In this document: positions 59,814 to 64,000 of the stretch, in pieces
Layout: each line of letters opens with the position of its first letter
Numbering within the stretch: position 1 is the stretch's first letter
From: a virus
Taxonomy: Duplodnaviria; Caudoviricetes
Virus record (IMG/VR): IMGVR_UViG_3300014205_000173
Strand: one strand, 5' to 3'
Length of the DNA: 64,000 nt
Program-made: the position numbers and the translations under genes
Notes under the pieces: generated by a model
The model's input: the letters and a program-made list of their open reading frames with translations, nothing else
Databases searched by the model: none
What the model was told of the DNA's origin: nothing

Positions 59814-61445
59814 TTATCTTTTATTTCCTTTGACAATAGAATTTTGAAAAAATAAAAAATTTTTTCTTTGATTTATATTCTTATTTAAATACCAAACATT
59901 ACCCATTACATTTACTTTAAGTTTTAATTCTTTGAAAAATGAATCTACGGCATCTCGAACTTCTGGAAAAAAATAATCATGACCAGATATTATTCCACCT
60001 TCTTTAACTAACAAAAACCATGATCTTAAATCTGAAAAAACCGATTCATAAGTATGTTCTGCATCTATAAAAACACAATCAAGAGATTCTTTTTTGAAAT
60101 ATTTAGAAGCTTCAATTGACGACATTTTCATAGGGAAAATTTTTCCCAATAAATTTTGCTCTTTAATATTTTTATAAAAATTAGAATAAATACATCCTCC
60201 GTTTCTATTAACTTCATCAATATGATAAGTTTCTGACGGAGATCCTTTCCAAGTATCTACACCAAATATTTTTATTTCTTTCCTGTTTTTAAAAATATTT
60301 TCAGCCATATAAGATATTGATTTACCCTTCCATACTCCAATCTCAACAAACATTCCATTTTCCGGGATTTTATCAAAAACAAAATCATAAAAATCCAAAT
60401 AATCAAACCACCCCTCTATATCAGAAAATTTTTTATTTTTACAAACAATTCTATCATAATAAATTTTTTTGTCTAAATATTTATTAATAATAGGGCATAA
60501 ATAATTTTCAAAATAATTTAAATGCCAATAGTTATAAAAATTCATATTACAATTAAACAACACTTCACTTTGTTCAAAATTTGTTTTATTAAAAAAATCT
60601 AATACTTTATCGAAAGAAGCATTGCAGTCTAATAGATTTTCAGACCCACTAGAATTACAATTAGGTAATTTAATACAATTATATCCATCTATCCAGTCAT
60701 AAGAATATTTCACTGTACCTTCTTGCAAAAGAATAATTGAATTTACAGATGATTCCGAATCTCTAAAACATTTTTCCCCGTAACCATGCAAAGAAACCGA
60801 TAGTTTTGCATCAAGTTGTAAAGAAAACACTTCATAAATAGAAAGCCTTCTATAACAATCTCTAAGTTGTATATCACATTTTATTTCATCTTTATTAATT
60901 AAAAAATTTGAAAAGTTTATTCTAGATATATTAGAATTGCCAAAAATCATCAACAAATCTTTTTTTCGTAATTTATATTGATTGGCTCCAAGAAATGGAT
61001 ACTCTAAGGCTTCAGGTATTGTTGAAATAAAGTCTAAAGGATGAATATCATATTTTTTATTTTTATAATCATTGTTTATTTTATATTCTCTTTTAAAATA
61101 AGATATTATGTTAATTTCTTTTAAACAAAAATCTCCCATTTCTATCCAATCAGAATTAGATGAAATAACTCTTTCCATCCCAAGCATATATGTCTTATTA
61201 AAGGTTTCAACATAATCAAAAACAATAATTTTTTTTTCTTTGATTTCCTTAGCTTTTATTCTATCAAATAAAAAATTTTCATCATATTCCAAAAAAAGAA
61301 AAACAAAATCAGAATCAACTACAGAATATGTCCTTTCATAAGATTTAGAATTTTCAAAAAACATATTCATGTAATGAGATATGGCACCGCTCATACATCT
61401 TACTGTACTTAGCTCTGTTAAAAAAATTTTTATTTTGTTTTCCAT
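59814..61445 (-). CDS. Fusion: N-terminal glycosyltransferase-like (exostosin/GT47-like) domain + C-terminal class I SAM methyltransferase (Methyltransf_24-like)
   Basis: C-terminus FVEIGVWKGKS, GVDTW, DCVFIDAEHTYESV..D...W...VKEGGIISGHDY; N-terminus AKLSVSLHGYGEKCFRDSE. Confidence 0.8.
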   Translation of the reverse strand: MENKIKIFLTELSTVRCMSGAISHYMNMFFENSKSYERTYSVVDSDFVFLFLEYDENFLFDRIKAKEIKEKKIIVFDYVETFNKTYMLGMERVISSNSDWIEMGDFCLKEINIISYFKREYKINNDYKNKKYDIHPLDFISTIPEALEYPFLGANQYKLRKKDLLMIFGNSNISRINFSNFLINKDEIKCDIQLRDCYRRLSIYEVFSLQLDAKLSVSLHGYGEKCFRDSESSVNSIILLQEGTVKYSYDWIDGYNCIKLPNCNSSGSENLLDCNASFDKVLDFFNKTNFEQSEVLFNCNMNFYNYWHLNYFENYLCPIINKYLDKKIYYDRIVCKNKKFSDIEGWFDYLDFYDFVFDKIPENGMFVEIGVWKGKSISYMAENIFKNRKEIKIFGVDTWKGSPSETYHIDEVNRNGGCIYSNFYKNIKEQNLLGKIFPMKMSSIEASKYFKKESLDCVFIDAEHTYESVFSDLRSWFLLVKEGGIISGHDYFFPEVRDAVDSFFKELKLKVNVMGNVWYLNKNINQRKNFLFFQNSIVKGNKR

Positions 61446-61451
61446 ATCTAT

Positions 61452-62051
61452 TTAATATATTGTTTTATTGCTATCCTTATCCTTATTTTGACTTATTAAT
61501 ATATTGTTCTTTTTTAGACAAAAAATAATATTATAGGTTGAGTCATGGCTATTTTTTCTATCAAAAAGTTCTTTTTTATAAACAATCTTTAATATTTTTA
61601 TTTTTTTTATTATAGAACACATAAAGTCTAGTCCAAACATATCGTATTTGTGAGATCCATTTGGCAATGTATTGTCAATAATACACCTATTCAAATACCT
61701 TTGCTGGTCTGGCAAAAGCAATATAATAATTCCATCATCTTTTAAAATTTTACACCAATCTTTTAATAGTTTTTTTATTTCAAATTCCTTAAAGTCTTCA
61801 ATTAAATGAGATGAATACACAACATCATATTTTACCTTTACTATAGATAAAATTTCTCTAACGTCTCCATGATATTTTATTTTTGAAGAATCTGCACCAT
61901 TATATGGTATAGGTAAGTCAAATGTATCACAGCTATCTGTAAGTGGACTATACCCACAGCCAATATCTATAATTAACAAATTATCTATAGACTTCTTTTC
62001 TTTTACTATTAAATCTAAAACTATCTTTCTATAGTGATCTGTTTCGCCCAT
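61452..62051 (-). CDS. Class I SAM-dependent methyltransferase (199 aa)
   Basis: IIDIGCG motif I; YDVVYSSHLIED; W.KILKDDGIIILLLPD. Confidence 0.88.
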   Translation of the reverse strand: MGETDHYRKIVLDLIVKEKKSIDNLLIIDIGCGYSPLTDSCDTFDLPIPYNGADSSKIKYHGDVREILSIVKVKYDVVYSSHLIEDFKEFEIKKLLKDWCKILKDDGIIILLLPDQQRYLNRCIIDNTLPNGSHKYDMFGLDFMCSIIKKIKILKIVYKKELFDRKNSHDSTYNIIFCLKKNNILISQNKDKDSNKTIY

Positions 62052-62055
62052 ATGT

Positions 62056-63183
62056 TTAAAAACAATTCGTCATATTTATATTTTGTCTTAAAATATTTAT
62101 TTTATTCTGTACACTAAAACCCTTTTCAATACTATCATAAATACCAAGTTCTTCAAATCTTTCTTGAAAAACAATGCTTCTTAACCTTTCTTTTGAAATA
62201 AAATTAATACTATTTTCTTCAAAATTAACACCATTATTAAATTTTAATTTATGTAAAACATCTTTATTTAAACAAGAATTTTCTATATTTTTAAAAATTA
62301 AACTCAATGTATCTGGCGAGTATTTTGTTTTAACAACAAAAGTAAACATCTCATGAGTCATGCTCATAAGATATTTTAAATTTAAATTCTTTGTAAAACA
62401 AATTACAACATCATATTTTTTTGAAATTTCATTAATTAACTCTGATTCTATTTTAGATTTACAAATTATAATTTTATTAAATATTTTTTTCTTACAAATA
62501 TCTTCCAAGTATTCCAAGTCTATATAAAAATCAAAAACAACTTCAGGTTTAAAGTTTATAAAAAACGGACTCAAAACATCCTCTCTGTTAAACATAATTT
62601 TATCATTGATATTTTCATAATATAAATTATATAAAATATTTTGAGAAATACAGGCATCAAAACCTATATTTGTTTCCAACCCATCAACTATATCCAAAAC
62701 TCTACTATTATCTCTTATAAACTCTTTATATATGTTGATTTCACAAAAACATTTATCTTCTATAAAAACTCTTAAAAGTCCATTTATAGATATTAATTTT
62801 ATTTTACAAAAATCCTTTCCCCAATAAACTACATTTTCTCCGCCTTTATAAATCATAATTTCTGGAACAAAACCATAAACTCTAGAAAAGCTCCAGCGAT
62901 AATCTTCATTATTATTATTTATACATCTAATTTCATACCCAGAACCAGAATGTATAAAGTATAACGAATAAAATACCTTTTTATGATAATCATAAAAAAA
63001 CCTTAATTGAAAACCACCAAACTTTGTTATTTTCTTAAAATCTATAATAAATTTAAAATCTTTAGAAAATTTAATTTTCTTTTCAGAAAATAAAAACATA
63101 TCTTTGCTATCTGAAAGAAACTCTATCCCCTCGCTAGAGGCTAAAGCCATTTCCCCTTTATGTAAATTAAAAGAATCTGACAT
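62056..63183 (-). CDS. Hypothetical protein (375 aa), N-terminal concanavalin A-like (DUF1080-like) beta sandwich
   Basis: KDFKFIIDFK..GGFQLRF...YSLYF...IKLISINGLLRVFIED pattern; lies within the glycan-modification cluster. Confidence 0.4.
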   Translation of the reverse strand: MSDSFNLHKGEMALASSEGIEFLSDSKDMFLFSEKKIKFSKDFKFIIDFKKITKFGGFQLRFFYDYHKKVFYSLYFIHSGSGYEIRCINNNNEDYRWSFSRVYGFVPEIMIYKGGENVVYWGKDFCKIKLISINGLLRVFIEDKCFCEINIYKEFIRDNSRVLDIVDGLETNIGFDACISQNILYNLYYENINDKIMFNREDVLSPFFINFKPEVVFDFYIDLEYLEDICKKKIFNKIIICKSKIESELINEISKKYDVVICFTKNLNLKYLMSMTHEMFTFVVKTKYSPDTLSLIFKNIENSCLNKDVLHKLKFNNGVNFEENSINFISKERLRSIVFQERFEELGIYDSIEKGFSVQNKINILRQNINMTNCF

Positions 63184-63186
63184 AAA

Positions 63187-63966
63187 TTATACCCAGTGGA
63201 AATAATACATACCTGTATCAGTTAAGGCTTTTTTACCTGCGTAAAGCAATCTTCTATCAAAATCTATATCATCCTGTCCGTGCAATCCAAAATTTTCTTT
63301 TAGTAAACCATAATTCAAAAGAATGTCATATGTTGTAAAAACAAGACATCCCATTATTCTAAAAAGACCAACTTGTATTGTTAAGAATCCATCATTATTT
63401 TTTCTTAATTCTAAAGCGTATTCTTCCATCCTATCCTTAATATATGTACTATTGAAATTTATTACCTTTTCATTTCTATAATCACCAACGGCTCTTCCAA
63501 AAAGAATTTTTTGAGAGTCTTCAAATATTCTTATTAACTTAAACTTATTAAAAATATAACCCATAGTAGGGTGGGTTGCAAAAGCCATTCCTGTTACAGC
63601 CCCCATGTTTGGGTCCGAATTAAAACATTTTTTAAGTCTTTCTAGCCAATCTTTATTTGATTTTGGAATTATAACATCATCATCTAACTTTATTATATAC
63701 TTATATTTAGAAGATAAAAAGCAGGTATTCAAACCCTTTGCTGCTCCTATATTTTCTGAAAAATAAAACACATTAATAAAATTATGTTTATTTTCTAAAC
63801 CTTCTAGAAAACTAACCAATTCTTTATCCAAACCATTACAGGCTATATTTATTTCAAAATTTTCATCTCTATCACTTTGTATCCAACTATCAATAGATTC
63901 TTTAAACTTTAATAATTTTTTGCCATACACAACCGTACATAAACTATACCCATCTTCCTTTATCAT
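63187..63966 (-). CDS. Glycosyltransferase family 2 (GT-A)
   Basis: EINIACNG, ENIGAAKGLN, YIIKLDDDV (DxD), FGLHGQDDIDF..R...AG, YYFH. Confidence 0.88.
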   Translation of the reverse strand: MIKEDGYSLCTVVYGKKLLKFKESIDSWIQSDRDENFEINIACNGLDKELVSFLEGLENKHNFINVFYFSENIGAAKGLNTCFLSSKYKYIIKLDDDVIIPKSNKDWLERLKKCFNSDPNMGAVTGMAFATHPTMGYIFNKFKLIRIFEDSQKILFGRAVGDYRNEKVINFNSTYIKDRMEEYALELRKNNDGFLTIQVGLFRIMGCLVFTTYDILLNYGLLKENFGLHGQDDIDFDRRLLYAGKKALTDTGMYYFHWV

Positions 63967-64000
63967 TATTCTCTAACCAAATTATTTAATTTTTCTATTG
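63966..64000 (-). CDS. 3' end of an upstream gene (..IEKLNNLVRE*)
   Basis: Open frame from the window edge ending in a TAA that overlaps the GT2 ATG (TAATG). Confidence 0.55.
   Translation of the reverse strand, partial: IEKLNNLVRE

Noticed and set aside
588-62356. All + strand ORFs and short nested - strand ORFs in the track (e.g. 7329-7685, 28637-29080, 38611-38796, 58594-58992, 59091-59513)
   Set aside because: They lie within or across long, motif-bearing - strand genes, lack recognisable motifs and look like antisense or off-frame shadows.
1-64000. Stop-codon reassignment as in some large phages
   Set aside because: The standard code gives near-complete coding density, and TAA, TGA and TAG all end genes at junctions with the next start.
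1-64000. Eukaryotic giant virus origin (giant ORFs, many GTs, AT-rich)
   Set aside because: Shine-Dalgarno sites, overlapping operonic genes and a tube-chaperone-TMP module indicate a prokaryotic tailed virus.
1-64000. tRNA/rRNA genes
   Set aside because: Intergenic gaps are under 100 nt and none shows a cloverleaf or rRNA-like sequence.

Overview
AT-rich, fully coding, single-direction (all real genes on the - strand) block that reads as the neck/tail morphogenesis module of a large tailed phage or prophage, in the standard genetic code with Shine-Dalgarno sites and ATGA/TAATG overlaps. In transcription order (right to left): a glycan-modification cluster (GT2, lectin-fold protein, SAM methyltransferase, GT-like+methyltransferase fusion); head-tail adaptor, tail terminator, a degenerate GT-B-like gene, tail tube protein followed by an intrinsic terminator, two paralogous tail-assembly chaperones and a 969-aa tape measure protein; then about 51 kb of tail-tip/appendage genes (1717, 996, 1403, 861, 1948, 322, 2190 and 6299 aa) interrupted by a second glycosyltransferase cassette (GT4, lectin-fold, GT2-GT9 fusion). 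I see no sheath, capsid, portal, terminase, integrase, RNA gene or CRISPR array. Most notable: (i) a bipartite Gly-Tyr tag (YGYGYG..L[DN]YF[DN]V....YGY.[FWY]G[FY]E) shared by three structural proteins; (ii) a 6299-aa multi-propeller protein that is an expanded paralogue of the 1403-aa protein; (iii) gpG/gpGT-type chaperones apparently made by gene duplication instead of frameshifting; (iv) glycosyl/methyltransferases interleaved with virion genes, suggesting virion glycosylation. All family calls come from motif recognition by eye; no searches were run.
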